A model generated the notes under the pieces. The model saw nothing but the letters and a program-made list of their open reading frames with translations, did no database searches and was not told the origin of the DNA. Below, piece after piece: positions 47,108 through 60,964 of a DNA stretch of 64,000 bases. This DNA is from Neodothiora populina (Eukaryota), in the NCBI RefSeq assembly GCF_041146345.1, contig NW_027191406.1:1178001-1242000 (forward strand), written 5' to 3'. The translations under genes and the position numbers were made by a program. How positions within the stretch are numbered: the first letter of the stretch is position 1; every line of letters starts with the position of its first letter.

Positions 47108-48975
47108 TGTCTTTTTTCTCTCAGATCCTTGTCTGCAAAACAAATAATGACTTCAAGATAGGCGACCCGGAAAAGCTACCACGAGGATGTATTGGAAGGT
47201 AGGGTGGGGGGATCCTGTGCGAAACGAGATGTATACGCTCCCTGGCCTTCAGTTCTCTGCTGTGTTAATAGTATCAGCCCTGTGTATGGCGCACATCGCC
47301 GTTGTGATATCGCATCATCATAAGCACTGCATCCCTATGGAATGGTGGTGAAAGTCACTTGTGGAGGTAAGGTCTGATGAAACACCCACACAGGTGCAGT
47401 GATGACACGGCACGAAGAACCATAAATCACTCACAAGCTGCTGATATATGCGCAGATCGGCGGCCCGCCTGAGTCTTTCTGTGACAAGCGAGAAATGCCT
47501 CCCTCACGCCTCTCCTTGGATATGCACTTCTAACCAGGATCACGAAAGTAGGTGAGTGGTTGGGGAGCCGACAGGACAAACAAACAACCCTCCCACAACC
47601 GACTAGGGCTTCTGAAGAGCGATACAGAACGACTCGTCGATTCGACGTTGGTGACTTTTGCTCCACTTGTACGAGTCGACAACGACAGTTGTTATTCTTC
47701 ACTGTGTAGGACACAAACCAAAGGACAGCTTCAATAGATAGCGCAAGGTAGATTGAGGGGCAGCACCACTCACTCTGCGCACGTTTGTGATTACGATCTG
47801 ATTGTGTTCCAGATCCGACCGAGCCGACGTCACTGGCCGAGGGGTATCTTACCACCAGAAACTCCGAGGCGTACCCTTGGCGTCGGTCATTGGGCATTTA
47901 TATGAGCTTATGTCCATTGCTTAATCTGTTCTCATCACGATACATGCATATATGAACGACTGGTCGGCTGCTAGAGATCCGTTCGCGGGCTAAGTTGTGT
48001 TCAGGACGTCGCATGTATGTATTTTCGCCTAGACACCTTCACCACGCGAAGGCCGGGTATATCTCAACCCGAATCTATGAATCTGGATATGCAGTGTCCC
48101 GACGACCGATAAGCCCATCGCGAGCAAGCTTTGTGCGGTTACATCTATTGCGAAAAGTAGGTCATAGCTATCCTAAACCCCTCGCTTGTGGTCTCGGTGT
48201 TTGCGAATCGCTATGTCTTGTGGCAAGTCGTAGGGAGGCAGTGCGACTTGATCTTGTCACATGTTTAGAAGAGGGGAGAGGAGATGCCGAGACTGCGCAA
48301 AGGACGGAAGCTGGTGGTTTGCGTCTTTCTAATGGACTAACTCTACGTGCAGTCGAGACTCGCTCATTGCTGACAGAAGTCGCTATGTTTTTTTTTATCG
48401 CATTGTTTATTCTGTTTACCGAATTTTTTAAACAACCTCCAAACTTGACTTGGAATGGAGAATATCTGAAGAGCAGGATCACTGATATAATCTCGGAAAT
48501 GTACCCGCATCAGGACATTTCTGCAGAACGCTCTCTTATGATATAGTACACGTCATCCGCGATGACATTGACAGAACCAGCAGTATATACGAGATCCCCA
48601 ATACAACACTCTATACCTTGCTCGAGAGACCCTTATTCGTTAAATGACACAGCCACCCTACCATTGACCCACTTCGTGTTGAGGGGTTACTTGGAGATGC
48701 CTGCCATGCACTGTAGAGACACCTCGGATGACCATGCAACATCGATTCTGGTGCGACCAAGACAATTAAGTATCCTGGGTCGCAATAAGAACCCCACATT
48801 GGTGATGCTTCATCTTACCTGTACCCTCCTTCGTTGACCACTAGTCAAAAGTATTCTGCGCCCCGGGTATAATCAGGCCTCCATACCCGAGTTGTGTCCA
48901 TGTTAACTATATTAATGTATGATCTTCCCCTCATCTACTCAGACGTAATCTAAAAGAACCCTTTGAAACAACAAC

Positions 48976-50714
48976 ATGTTAACCAGAAAGGAAAGACCAA
49001 TCATCACATTTGCCATCGATAATCTTGCCAGGAATCATCCGGCGAAAGTCTATGCCTCTATACCGATAGATGACTCGGATCTTTCCAAAGGATCTAGAGA
49101 GATCACGTACAAGCAGTTCGCGAACGCGATCAACGTGGCCTCTTGGTGGCTTGAAGAGACTTCGGTAAATGTGACAACTTCGAGACGTTCAGCTATGTAG
49201 GGCCCCGAGACCTGCGCTATACAATGTTCATCGTTGCTGCTTCCAAAGTATGCAGAAAGGTATACTGAGTCTATCAAAACCACTCAACATGGCATGTGGT
49301 GCTAAGACATCGACCAGGTCTTGCTCCCCTCACTGCTGGCGTCGGTAGAGGGACACGTTGTGCTCGCTCAAAAGCTTGACTGCAAAGCGGTTGTGTATAC
49401 GCCGGACACTATCTCAATTGCACAGAGTATCTCTAGTGGTGTACCAACGGTCAAGCTGGTTGAGGCGCCTGGGTTCGAAGAGTTGATAGACGACAGCATG
49501 CTTGCACCACATTATCCTTATGAGAAGACATTCGACGAATCTGAGTGGGATCCTGTCTTTGTTGTCCATACTTCGGGGACCACAGGTATGTCAAGACTCA
49601 TCTGAACACCAGCGAAATAACATCTAATATGCTTTTCAGGCACGCCAAAGCCAGTCGTCTATACCCAAGGCCACATGTCAGACTACAGTCTTTGGGAACC
49701 CTCCCAGAAATAGACGGTGTCCTTCCAAACTCCTCCCGGCTGTTCCAGCGTAGCTATAGGATGTTCAGCACCATTCCCATCTTTCACGTTTTCGGCATCT
49801 GGTTTGCTCTGACTATCCCGGGTTTGTCTCCTGATGTGGTTGTTCTGTTGGGTCCAGCTCGAGGGCCGCCTTCCGTCGAGTTGGCGGAAACAGTCCTTGA
49901 TTATGGAAAACCTGATGGTGCAGTGTTTCCGCCTTTCCTCATAGAAGCAGCCTCACAGAATCCACGAGCATGGGCAAAGCTGAAGACTTTGGACTTGATC
50001 ATATATGGTGGCGCTCCCTTGTCTGAACGGATCGGACATGAACTAGCCAAGACCACAAACCTCTGGGGAGCCATCGGCTGTACAGAAGGATGTGGCTTCC
50101 CCGGGTTGGTTCTCCCCTCCGAAGACTGGGACTACTTTCGTTTCCACCCTTTTAATGGAATCGAGTTTGAGCAGCAGGGGGATCTGAACCTCTACGAGAT
50201 GGTAATCAAGAAAACCCCTACAAGCAACCACACACATGGCATCTTCAGATCTTTCCCCGATCAAGACGTCTACCGGATCAAAGACTTGTATACTCGACAT
50301 CCCGCGAAGCCGGACCTGTACAAGTATAGCGGAAGAACCGACGACCTGGTACTTCTAACCGGCGAGGTCAAGTTATATGCAAAGGCCATCGAAGACGCGG
50401 TGCGCAAACATGCATACGTGAAGGATGTGATTGTCGGTGGGGACAAGCGAATCGTACCATTCATGCTTGTCGAGCTCGACGAGACACACGGCGAGGTCAG
50501 CGAAGATGTCATCGATGATTTTTGGGGGTATATCGAGGGTGTCAATCAGCGCAATGCCGAATCGGCCATGATCAGGCAAGATTTGACTATCTTCACACAG
50601 AAGCCATTCAAGATGACGCCGAAGGGATCAGTGGAACGCAGGACGACGCTCGAGGAGCATCAAGCGACCATCGACAACCTCTATATTGCTTACGAAGCGC
50701 AGCCGAAAGCTTAG
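48976..50714 (+). pseudogene. Stand-alone adenylate-forming enzyme (fungal NRPS-like A-domain family) disrupted by two 1-nt frameshifts
   Basis: Motifs ITYKQFANAIN, FETFSYVGPRDLRY, HTSGTTGTPKPV, YGGAPL, YRIKDLY, GRTDDL, TPKGSVER. Introns 49260-49317 and 49586-49639. Frame must shift near 49162 and near 49679. Sequencing error cannot be excluded. Confidence 0.65.
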
Positions 50715-51707
50715 TATGTCGTTCTAGATCTAGTATCATGCAGTCATGTATTGTTGCCGAGTATTACTTTGCAAGATGGGTCCGAAAGGGAAGTAGAAAT
50801 CAGCATCAACAATGGTCAGTGCTATCAGATTCCAAGACTACATAGTAGCAAAATGTCTTCACATTTAGTCACAAGTTATGGCTTGATTCTTACAGCGAAC
50901 ATTTCAGCTGGGCGCCAGAACGAAAGAAGCGGTGAGATACGCACGGTACCGTCCAATGCTTGTAATGATCTTGATGTCCAGCTGAACACACCGAACCTAA
51001 TTGACTCGATCATTATAAGCCAATAGAGAAGTAGGCAACAATGTCTACCTACTGTAGTATCCATGACCGGACAAGGTTTGGGACCTGATCCAGTTTTTAA
51101 GCTAACTCCGAGGCTCGGCAAGCCAGGCCGGTCTGGACAGCCTCAGCTTTCGACAAACCCGTTGAGCCGCAACATCACCAGTGACCACCGTGCCACGTTC
51201 TCCCTCCCTTTTCTCCGTCCACACACCTCGAGATCTAAGCTTAACAAATAAGGTATCGAAACAAAACCTACTGCAAGGGTCGGTCGCTAGTACGGCCATC
51301 TCCTTTCTGCTTTAGTGAAGCCAAGCATCTCGGGGTCAGCGAACTAGGCCTTTAGAGTATCGAGGAAATGCACTAACATCCTTGTCTCCCACACTCACTA
51401 CACCCAGAAGAGGCTGTCTGTTGTGGTCGGGATGCAGGAGACTCACTTTATATCGCTGTTCAGCCTTTATGGCTTGACCAGTCTCAAGCTGAAAGAAAGG
51501 TCGCAGCCACCTTGGTGCGATGATGGCTCGCGGTAGGTGAGAGCTGATATTCCCGTTTCATACTTCTCAACGGCCGTTAGGACAGGACCATCCGATAAAA
51601 CCAAAAGAATAAGTGTCTCTATAAACGTCTTTCCTTCCGGCTTTTCTCTTTCTTGCTTCGTTCGTCTCAATCGTGTTATTGTTGTCTGTTTTGCGATTGT
51701 CGAAAGA

Positions 51708-54007
51708 ATGCCTTCATCATCACTCGTTCTGGGTGTTGGCATTGCCGCTCTCTCTGCTTTTGCGCCTCGTTCTTTCGCTCAGACTTATACGTATACTCTG
51801 CAGGACACATATTCCGGCAGCTCGTTTTACGACCAGTTCAATTTCATCTCGGACTCAGATCCGACACATGGCTTTGTGCAGTATCTCGACCAAAGCACTG
51901 CAGCTTCGACCGGCTTGATCAGCGTTGTTGATGGGGTCGCTAGATGGGGTACAGATAGCACTAACATCTACTCTAATACTTCGACCGGGCGCCCTTCTAT
52001 CAGACTAGAAGGCAAGACCAACTACAACCATGGACTATTCATTGCGGATATCAAGCACATGCCCGGGTCCATATGCGGTGCATGGCCGGCTTTCTGGACG
52101 CTAGGTGATGCAACCTGGCCGAGTCATGGTGAGCTAGACATCATCGAGGGCGTGAACAAGGGCACAAACAACCAAATCAGCGCACACACAGGAGACAACT
52201 GCTCGATGGCATTCACAGGACAGAGTGGATGGACGTACACGACCGACTGCGCATTGAGCACTGGTGGCGCAACGGGCTGTGGAGTCGGAGCGAGTCAATC
52301 CAACACGTACGGCGATGGCTTCAACTCTATCGGTGGTGGCGTCTATGCTATGCAATGGACATCTGCCTTCATCAAGGTCTGGTTCTTCCCAAGAGGCTCT
52401 ATCCCGGCTTCCATCACTGCGGGAACTCCAGATTATACTACTTTTGGGACGCCGACCGCGAATTTTGATGGCGCTGGCTGTGACATCGATGGGCACTTTG
52501 CGAATCATCGTATCATCTTCGACTTGACCTTTTGCGGTGACTGGTAAGTTTGCTTGATTGGTATGTCGAAATTGTCGAGACTCACTTATTCGACAGGGCT
52601 GGTTCGGTCTACTCTTCTTCAGGATGTCCACTTGCCTCGGATGGCAGCAACGGGTTTGTTACTCTTATGGCAGCATTGTAAGTACTGTATGGCTAACGAA
52701 GGACTTTCAGATGCGTCAACTACGTCGGAAACAATCCCAGTGCCTTTACTGGAGCATACTGGGAGGTCGACAGTATCAAGGTCTACTCGGAGTCTGTCTC
52801 GGCATCGCCATCGTCGTCCTCGGTCTCTTCATCGGCCTCATCGTCTTCGTCGTTTTCGTCGTTTTCGTCGTCCTTGTCATCCATCTCATCCTCGTCTTCA
52901 CTGTCGTCGTCAGCAACATCATCTCGCTCAAGTTCAGCTTCTTTGTCTAGTAGCATCGTCCCCTCCTCATTGCTATCCAGTACTTCCCCAGCGACGTCTA
53001 GTGCGACAGTAACTTCAACAATCTCTCGCTCCTCTTCGAGCGCCTCGGTATCATTGACTTCAACTAGCAAAGCAAGCTCGACTTCTTCAGCGACGACAAG
53101 TACAGTCAAGTCAAGCACCGTCACTTCGTCTTCGAAAGCGGCAACTTCAAGCACGACTCTGATCAGCACTTCGAAGGCTAGTTCAACAATTTCTTCCACG
53201 ACAACAAAAGCAAGCTCAAGTACGTCGAACACTCTCAAGCCTAGCACAAGCTCTTCTACCGCAAAAAGCACAAGCACATCTCTTGCAAAAAGCATTCAGT
53301 CCACTTCAAAAAGCCCCAGCACCTCGTCTACTACTGTGAAAACTACCAGCTCTTCGATAGCTGCAACAAGCACCAGCCTGAGCACACTCAAGTCATCGAC
53401 GAGCAGAATTATTTCACAACCAAGCTCCATCACAAGCAAAAGCTCTACATCTGTCCTCAAGCCATCCAGCACCATCAAATCAAGCACCACAAACAAAGTC
53501 GTTAGCACAAGCACATCTAACACAAAACCCACAACCACTATAAAAGCCAGCACCAGCAGCAGCACCCCAGCATCCAAGCAAATCTCGCTCTCAAAATCAT
53601 CAAGCACTATCAAGGCAACGACTAACAACGTCAAACCAGCTTCCGTCGCACCCACAACGCTAAAGACAAGCACCACGACAAGCACGAAAACCTCAACAAC
53701 AACCTCCACCTCAGCAGCCACTGCGACGCCCACGACCAAAACCGCCGTCTGCCCAGCCGACAACAACAAGATCCTGGTATCGAACAACAAGCGGTTCCTG
53801 ATCGAGTGCTCCGCGAACCGTAACGGCGGCGATCTCAAGTCCGTGACCGTGACTAGTAGTGGGGGCTTGGCGAGCTGTATTCAGACGTGTGCGACGACCA
53901 CTGGTTGCGTGGATGTGGTGCTATCTGGCACGACTTGTTATCTCAAGAAGACGCTTACGACGGCCGCGAAGAGCACTACTGCTAATGGTGCGAGGCTGTT
54001 GACTTGA
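51708..54007 (+). CDS. Secreted GH16 endo-1,3(4)-beta-glucanase with long Ser/Thr/Lys stalk and C-terminal PAN/Apple-like domain (~729 aa)
   Basis: Exons 51708-52543, 52597-52653 and 52711-54007. Signal peptide, DPTHGFVQY, GRPSIRL, CGAWPAFW, catalytic GELDIIEG, FDLTFCGDWAG, YWEVDSIKVY; Cys-patterned C-terminal module; no hydrophobic GPI tail. Confidence 0.92.
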
Positions 54008-54778
54008 TGAAGTTGCTGGAATTACAGGCGATGCTATGCTGTCTTGGTGGAGATGAGGAGGGGTGATGCAGTCGGATGCTTACACTCACTACGCTAGCTG
54101 AGCCATCGATATGGCCAGCTCCATAGTCCGCTTTCTTGACCCGTGGTCGAGCGTCTGACCATGACCAGCGAGCCACGCAGAGCAGCTTTCTGAAGAGCGA
54201 ACGAAAGCCATTGGCGCTCACAGTTCGCATACAGCTGACCACTCGAGACATCCTGAGATGGACATATCTTACCCCGGATCGTTTATCCGCTTCGCTGTGC
54301 TGAGGTTGTGGCATACAATTCCGACCAAGAAGCTGAGGCAGCTTGACTATCACGGCGCATCAAGTGAGGACGAATACGTGGCCCCTCGTCTCACGAGGAA
54401 AGAGACGAGTGATGTCCTCCTGGTTACATCAATACCCACGGGTCGAAGCGAAGCGGCCTCGAAGCAGGAAGAGGAAGAACACGCGCGGCGGGTACGAACG
54501 GGCTAGACGAGATTTCGCGCGAGCGACAACGAAGGATCGGAAAATCCGGAATGATGATGAAAATAGAAATCTTTCTAGATATATAACCTACTTAATACTC
54601 ACGAAAACCAAAAAACAATCATCAGTCGATTTGTCAGACACTAAAAGTGCCAACGGTTCAGTCTGCCGTTCACTTCTCTCACCTAGCCCGGCTCACTGTA
54701 CCCTTCCTCGACTATCCTTCCAAGCATAATGCAACGGCAACAACACTAGGACAAGATAACCCTAATGACAACCAACCC

Positions 54779-55825
54779 TCACCTCCACAACCTCCCGAGA
54801 AGCCGCTCGATCGAGCCCCTAGGACGACGACGAGGCAGCTCACTCTCGTGACCTTCCCAAGCATTAGCTTCAGATCTAGTAACCACACTCGCGCCCTTTT
54901 CCAGATCCTCAGGACGCCCAGTGTCGATTCTCAGACCCGTCAGGGACCCCCTTGCAGCCCGACCGTCGCCTGCACCCTCCCCAGCAGTACCACGAGCCGG
55001 TGACGTCAACCTCACGTCTCTATGTCTGCTCCGCCCCAACGCATTGAGACTCAGCGAACGCCTTTCCTCGTTTCGTCTCTGCTGTTGCTTCTGGCGCTGC
55101 TCAGAGGATGCAAATCTCGAGACCGATCGCGTGGTCGAATACGGAGGTGGGTTGTCGCCGTGACTAGTGTTATGGTGGCTGGTGGAAAAGGCGCGCGGGA
55201 AGCGTGCGGACGTGGGAGTCATTGCTGTGGCGACTTTGCGCGAAGTGTGCACCAGGGATTGGCGCATGGACATTTGGTGCTTCTTTGCTGTTATGAAGAG
55301 GATCATTGTTACGACTGTGGAGAGAAAAGGGGTTAGTATGGAGGTCTAGTCATGGCATGGAGAAGGCTCACTGCCGAAGACCGAGACCACGCCTACGACG
55401 GCGCAGATTGCTCCAATCGCCCCGCCGCCTAGTTGCCAACTACCGCTTGAAGCGCCGGACGCTCCTGCGTCGTTGTCTACACCTGATCCTGAGTCTGCGC
55501 TCGAGTCAGAGCCACTGATACTACTGTAGTCTGAGCTACTGCTGCTCGAAGCTGCGGCTGACGCAAACGCTACAGTCTCAGAGGGAGCTGAAGACAGGGA
55601 AATGGAGCCAACATGGGTGCTGATCGCTGATGGTAGGGCTGAGGAGAGACTCAAGAAGGAAGACGCTGGGGTCGAGATGGCAGAGGCCGGACTCGATGAG
55701 GTCTTGGTGTTCACATTCTTTACAGTAGCTGTCGAAGTGATCCCTTCGGTAGCCTCTTGAGCAAGTGAAAAAGTGAACGAATAGAAGGAAGAGAGCAACA
55801 ACGAAGATGTGAAGAAGGAACGCAT
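54779..55825 (-). CDS. Type I single-pass membrane protein with Ser/Thr-rich ectodomain and basic cytoplasmic tail (~329 aa)
   Basis: Exons 55825-55372 and 55314-54779 in frame. Signal peptide MRSFFTSSLLL..., S/T-rich region, TM segment GAIGAICAVVGVVSVFGIVTMILFITA followed by KK. Confidence 0.75.
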
Positions 55826-58800
55826 GCTGCCCTTCTCTATCGCTACACTTTTGGAAGCGGTGAAATGACCAATTGTGTACCCCGCGGTGGAAGTGGATCG
55901 GGTATCCAAAGGAGTGGTTAAGTGACGAGAAGGAAAAGTTCTCGAAGAAATGGGAAGTGGAGATTGAAGAGAAAACATGGTCGCGACCCAAACACCTGCC
56001 TGACATCGGCCTGCTATCCACGCGCCGGGGTACCTACATGGGAGTGATTACCTTGACTTCTATTGCCTTACTTTGTGATGTGGAAAGGGGTTGAGTGTCT
56101 GAAGCAGTCCAATAGAGCAGTGTCTGAAACATTCTATGTATGCATGCGAAAGAAAGTTGTGACTCGGCGCTTATTGAAGTAATCGTAGCTTGAGCCTCAT
56201 TGGCCAAGTACGACCAGACAGTCGGCGCGTGCAAACCCTCTAGACCAGTGGCCGGCGCATTCACATGCACAAGACGTGATCCTGAGGATGGACAATGGCG
56301 CTGCTTATTTTTAAAATATAATTGTGCTATATGAACTGGAAAAGGTTGACGACGTGCTGCTTGATTTGATTTGTGGGTTGCCATAACCTCCAAGGGGATT
56401 GCGTGATGACTAATCAGCTGTGCTCTGCAAAAGACATGCTCCACACTACAGTCTATTGCAAGAACTAGTTTACCGTGACCACCTGAAGCAAACTCATATC
56501 TGCGACATTGTTACACGACAATTTTGACACCATGATATAGTCCCTGTTCTTTGAGATGTAATACAGTATTTTGCATCTCGACCGAGATAATCGTGCCCCC
56601 ATAGGCGACGCTCCCCCGGATCATGTGCTGTCGACACATTAAGCACCACATATAGCAGGCCCCTTGTGTAGCAACATAAACCCGAGTATATCCTCCGTTG
56701 TCCTTTTCTCATGACAGCAGATGTATCTCATACACCATCCATATAGCACGACTGCGAGTCTTCGTTTCTCTAGTTTTCCCAGCGTGGTGAGTCATGCAGC
56801 AATATCGTATAGTTGTGTCGTTGATGTCTTGCAAAAGACGGCAGGTTCCTCATCAAGTGCAACTCGGAAGATCGCTTTCTAAGTCTACCTGTGATGAGCC
56901 GAAGGCTGTAAGTCGAATGAGAAGACTATTCAGTCGTATTTATCGATCCTCGGAGCTGATGATAGCAACATCGTACATGGCCTGGCCATTGAAGCAGCGC
57001 GAGCATGCGGCTATGTGTTTATTCACATGACGACTCTCGCGCGAGAAGGTCCTGCTATGATCGGTATGAGGTTGGACTGAAATGGATACATCTCCGTCCC
57101 CGCCTTGACCTTTTCTACCACTTGATGAAGATATTCTGTCGGTCAAGACAAGCAATGGACTACCCTCCCGTCATCCGCACTGATGCAGACGGATAGACCA
57201 GCTTTTCCCTCTTCATCTGCCGCTCAAGGCTTGGAAACATGATCACGATTAGGCAGACATAGACCAGGAATCCGGCAGTGACGCCAAGAGCTCCAAACTC
57301 CGTCATTGTCATAGAATTGAGTTACTGTAGATGAGATAGAACCCACTCAATAGCGAGACAGTGATGTTAATGATGGCTGTCGGTAAACAAGTCGTTTCTC
57401 CAAAGCAGGATATTGACTATTTGATCAGCTAGAGAGCACTAGTTACATGACCAACCTCATGCTTCACGGCAATGCCGAACTCGAGTACACACATAGCCGT
57501 CATGGCAGCGAAGAGCCGTGAACAATAAAGATCTCCCTGAAGATTATCGTGGACGTTTGCGCAGAGCCGTGAGCATTTTTGTATCCGTACGCCCATTACT
57601 CGTTGCCGGGATTGGTAATCGGAAGTTCTCGGGTTGGTCAGAATGAACGTGGAGGAGGACTGGCCTCCCCTCTTTCATCTGGCAACAACGTTGATCCCCC
57701 ACAAAATTGTGCATGGTAAGCCAGCCGCGGTGTGTGGGGAAGGTGCTGTCTGTTCATATTAGGAGTGTTACCACAGTGTGTTTCTAATTCATGAAGAAGA
57801 AACCTGTGATAATCCTGCAATGTTATCTGTATATTCTCGTGTTATCCAAGCGGACAAAAAGAATGAGTTTGTAATGTCAGCCCACTTTTCGGGCCATATA
57901 ACATGGAAGTAAGGATCCCGGTCGTATGGAGTGCATTGCAGCTAAGCTGATTGCTGTACTACCTCGAACACCAACTTAATGCGAACGGGTAATAAAAATG
58001 AGAAATTGATTGCCTGTACATGAGAAAGTAACAAAGAGGTTAATATGAAGGCTCTCTATTCGCAGAGCTGGGTTCTTGTCAATATGAATTCAAATGGATC
58101 AATGGAGGATGTGATTGGAAGGTCGCTGTACGCGGGGTAAAAGAGTACCTGACCTGATGCGCTTACTGGAGTTGGAGTCGTACTTCTCCGCATCGCTGTG
58201 GTGGATAAAGATCATGGTGATACCGCCGTAAAGTCACCAGAGCTACGGTGATACAAGAACAACCTCCATGACTCATCCATTTTATCTCAACGAATCTCAA
58301 AAGTCGTCTGATCCTTCGAAACGATTTTCTGTGTCCGTAAAGAGTAGAACCAGCCTGCATATTTTGTTCCCTGTCAACGCGCAGTGTAGTTTCTTCATAG
58401 CTGACCCTATCGCAATCCCCCTCCTCCACAACCCGAAGCCCAGGATAACAATAGCCGAGGGACCAAAGCTCCCCAAAGTAAGCCCAGGTATGCAACAACA
58501 CAGCGTGCAATTCCCGAGACTGTATCGCATTCTTGCCGCATTCGTGAGTCAGGCGCGGATAGTGGAACAGGATGCGGCCTTCTGATGTAACACGAATATC
58601 ATCAGGGAAATGGGTGGACTAAAATACATCGCGGCTCTGAGGATGAGGCATCGCGGTATGAGCGTTGGCTTACCTGTGACCGTATAGATAGCCGGCGGAT
58701 CCCCTACACCTGCTCACGCAAGCTCCTTGTTGAGTAAGCATATACCCGCAATAATCGGACCTACTATCGTGGACATTCTTTCTGAACATTATAATTTGAG

Positions 58801-58905
58801 TTTAGTCAAGAACTCGGTCGTCAAACACCTGTTCGCAATACACAAGAGCCAGACAAGGCTATTGCGAACTACATTCAGTATAGCTCCACCTACAATTAGT
58901 TTGCG

Positions 58906-59998
58906 ATGAGTGGACAGTCCCTTGCCGAGGCAGCCAAGAGAAAGTCGGACGTCGTTATGACTGCAGCCAAAGACGCACCTGCGGCCGTGAGGTCTGCGGC
59001 AGAGAACCCAGGCAAAGCAACGCAAGACTTCCTACATAAGCCTTTCGTGAGAGGCGCCCTGCCATTCGTGAACGGTGGCCTCGCCGGTATGGTTGCTACG
59101 ACGGTGATTCAACCCATCGACATGATCAAGGTCCGTCTGCAACTTGCTGGCGAGGGAGTCAAGACGGGACCCAAGCCGACACCTTTGTCAGTGACTAGAG
59201 ACATTCTCGCACAAGGCAAAGTAATGGATCTGTACACTGGTCTCAGTGCAGGTCTGCTTCGACAGGCTGTATACACAACCGCTCGATTGGGCCTGTTCGA
59301 CACATTCATGAACACACTCAAGGCTCGTGCCGAGGCCAAGGGCAATGGCATCGGGTTCGCAGAGCGCGCCGGGGCCGGTCTGACGGCAGGTGGACTCGCA
59401 GCAATGATCAGCAACCCAGCCGATCTTGCGCTCATTCGTATGCAAAGTGATGGTCTGAAACCTGCCGCCGAGCGAGCCAACTACAAGTCTGTCATCGATG
59501 CCTTGAGCCGCATCTCCAAGGCTGAGGGCGTCGGCGCTTTGTGGTCTGGTGCGTATCCAACTGTTGTCCGCGCCATGGCGCTCAACTTTGGCCAGCTTGC
59601 GTTCTTCTCAGAGGCAAAGTCCAGACTCAAGGATACCTCTCTGTCACCGCGTACCCAGACATTGACGGCATCTGCCGTGGCTGGTTTCTTCGCTTCCTTC
59701 TTCAGTCTTCCATTCGACTTCGTCAAAACCAGACTCCAGAAGCAGACCAAGGGTCCCAACGGAGAGTTGCCCTACAAGGGCATGGTTGATTGTTTCAAGA
59801 AGGTGGCACTGGAGGAGGGCCCACTGAGATTCTACCGTGGTTTCTCGACGTACTATGTCCGCATTGCGCCTCATGCGTAAGTCTTGCTTATTTTTTTCCT
59901 TGCTCTTGCCTTGTTCGTTGACCCAAAGGCTAATGCTATGTTCCAACAGTATGGTCACCCTGATCGTGGCAGACTACCTCGGCTTCATTACCAAGTAA
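58906..59998 (+). CDS. Mitochondrial carrier family protein, 2-oxoglutarate/malate (dicarboxylate-tricarboxylate) type (~339 aa)
   Basis: Exons 58906-59876 and 59950-59998. Three carrier signatures PIDMIKVRLQ, PADLALIRMQ and PFDFVKTRLQ; GLSAGLLRQAVYTTARLG; RIAPHA. Confidence 0.93.
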
Positions 59999-60464
59999 AT
60001 GGATCATGATGCGCCGGGGCCAGGTATATGTTTAATTGAGTAATAGCGGAGGGCTGTATACCCTGCAAGGAAACAGACACGTCGAATTGATTTTTCTTTT
60101 CTGTCTTGTCACACGTGTTTGGCGCCTCGCATAGAGCGCCCCATCTGGCTCTGTAGACGAGGAATGTAAGGTGGGGCATCTGCAAGAGGCAATCCTTCTT
60201 TTCTTTCGTTTTCAGATAGTACCAGAATATTCCAAGACTTTGAATCTAATTCATAGCTTTCATTCTACTTGTGAAAAGCTAAGTTTCAGTAATGCTCGAA
60301 GGTAGGCAAGACAAGTGGTGAGGACAAAGGAAAATGGCGTGTCGACGACTTCTGGCTTCATTGTCGGCTGATGTCTTGGAATGGTGATATTATCCGGACA
60401 CGGCGCCGTCCTGCCCTTAATTCTAGCAATATACATTAACTAATTTCAATGGAATCTCAACGAA

Positions 60465-60550
60465 GCACCATTGGGTTAGTGGTAAACTTGGTCGTTGCCA
60501 GCTTCCGCAGCAAGTTCGACCAGCCCCGTGTTCGATTCACGGATGGTGCA
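60465..60550 (+). tRNA. tRNA-Gly(GCC): tRNA-Gly(GCC) with 15-nt intron (60501-60515)
   Basis: Acceptor GCACCAT/ATGGTGC, anticodon stem GGTCG/CGACC with GCC at 60497-60499, T arm CCGTG-TTCGATT-CACGG. Confidence 0.93.
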
Positions 60551-60964
60551 ACGCACTTTTTGTCCCTTTTGCTCCATATTAGACTGGCTAGCTACTTCAA
60601 GGTAATCTAGATACCTACTTTTGGCCCGAATTTATGAAGCGTCTGGGAGGCAAGGAGGAGCGCTAGATGTGCTTGCGAATATAGTTCTGAACTTGATCAT
60701 GTTCTTCTGCTGGAGAGCTCAACTCGTTGATTTTGCTTACTCTGCAAGTGTGTACTTTAATAAATATTCGGTAGCAAGATGCTGCTACTGTTGACTTAGG
60801 CGACCAACGAACAACAGAATCGTCCAAACAGCTTCTTGGTCTGATCTGACTACCCTCAGCTCCTCCCAGCTCATACAAAACAGCAAAAGGCAAGTGAAAC
60901 GCTCACGACACTCCTCCCACGATGTCTTTACGCGTTGGACCACGCAAAAAAATATAAAACATGT

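Noticed and set aside
47341..47390. GAAA...CTGATGA resembling a hammerhead ribozyme core
   Set aside because: Stems I and III cannot be formed and stem II is mismatched.
13237..54007. Idea of a secondary-metabolite gene cluster (laccase, ABC transporter, A-domain gene)
   Set aside because: The genes are far apart, interleaved with housekeeping genes, have no PKS/NRPS backbone or cluster regulator, and the A-domain gene is broken.
56100..58800. Short ORFs in the gap before the mitochondrial carrier
   Set aside because: Many stops in all frames; no family resemblance or splice model.
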